Source: a phage
Reading direction: 5' to 3' (one strand)
Length of the DNA: 64,000 nt
Sequence record: PZ027503.1
Position numbers and translations under genes: made by a program. Below, in pieces: positions 63,987-64,000 of this stretch (position 1 is the stretch's first letter; the number at the start of each line of letters is the position of its first letter). The notes beneath the pieces were generated by a model. It worked only from the letters and a program-made list of their open reading frames with translations, made no database searches and was not told the DNA's origin.

Positions 63987-64000
63987 TTAGGGGGAAATAT

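Noticed and set aside
1-64000. Prophage or lysogeny functions (integrase, repressor, attachment site)
   Set aside because: No tyrosine or serine recombinase motifs, repressor-type gene or flanking host genes were recognised; the segment reads as a lytic phage genome.

Overview
This window reads as a contiguous segment of a virulent tailed-phage genome (contractile-tail type: sheath, tube, tape measure, baseplate). No integrase, repressor, CRISPR array or host housekeeping genes were seen. All calls are from manual reading of the sequence and the ORF track; no database search was run, so family assignments rest on recognisable motifs only. Layout: (1) 1-12040, plus strand: four glycosyltransferase-like genes (two tandem paralogues), a T7 gp4-like primase-helicase, an orphan N6-adenine DNA methyltransferase, a family A DNA polymerase, a small CCA/poly(A)-type nucleotidyltransferase and an SSB whose C-terminus (PPMDFDDDIPF) is the same as the E. 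coli SSB tail as recalled, suggesting an enterobacterial host. (2) 12095-51144, minus strand: late operon with at least five large receptor-binding/tailspike proteins, baseplate, tape measure, tube, sheath, capsid, scaffold, portal, a large terminase interrupted by a 160-aa mini-intein in its Walker A P-loop, and an overlapping spanin pair. (3) 51352-53275, minus strand: array of 12 tRNA genes plus 2 degenerate tRNA-like elements, served by three copies of a TTGACA-N18-TAnnnT promoter and ending at a terminator. (4) 54254-54736: AT-rich, palindrome-rich divergent control region. (5) 54737-63986, plus strand: small early genes, then a three-gene RNA repair cassette (metallophosphoesterase, Rnl1-like RNA ligase, P-loop kinase), an ATP-dependent ligase and a MazG-like protein. 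Top candidates for follow-up: the terminase intein, the glycosyltransferase cluster, the tRNA repair cassette with its tRNA array, and a class-II-shaped tRNA carrying a GUU anticodon.
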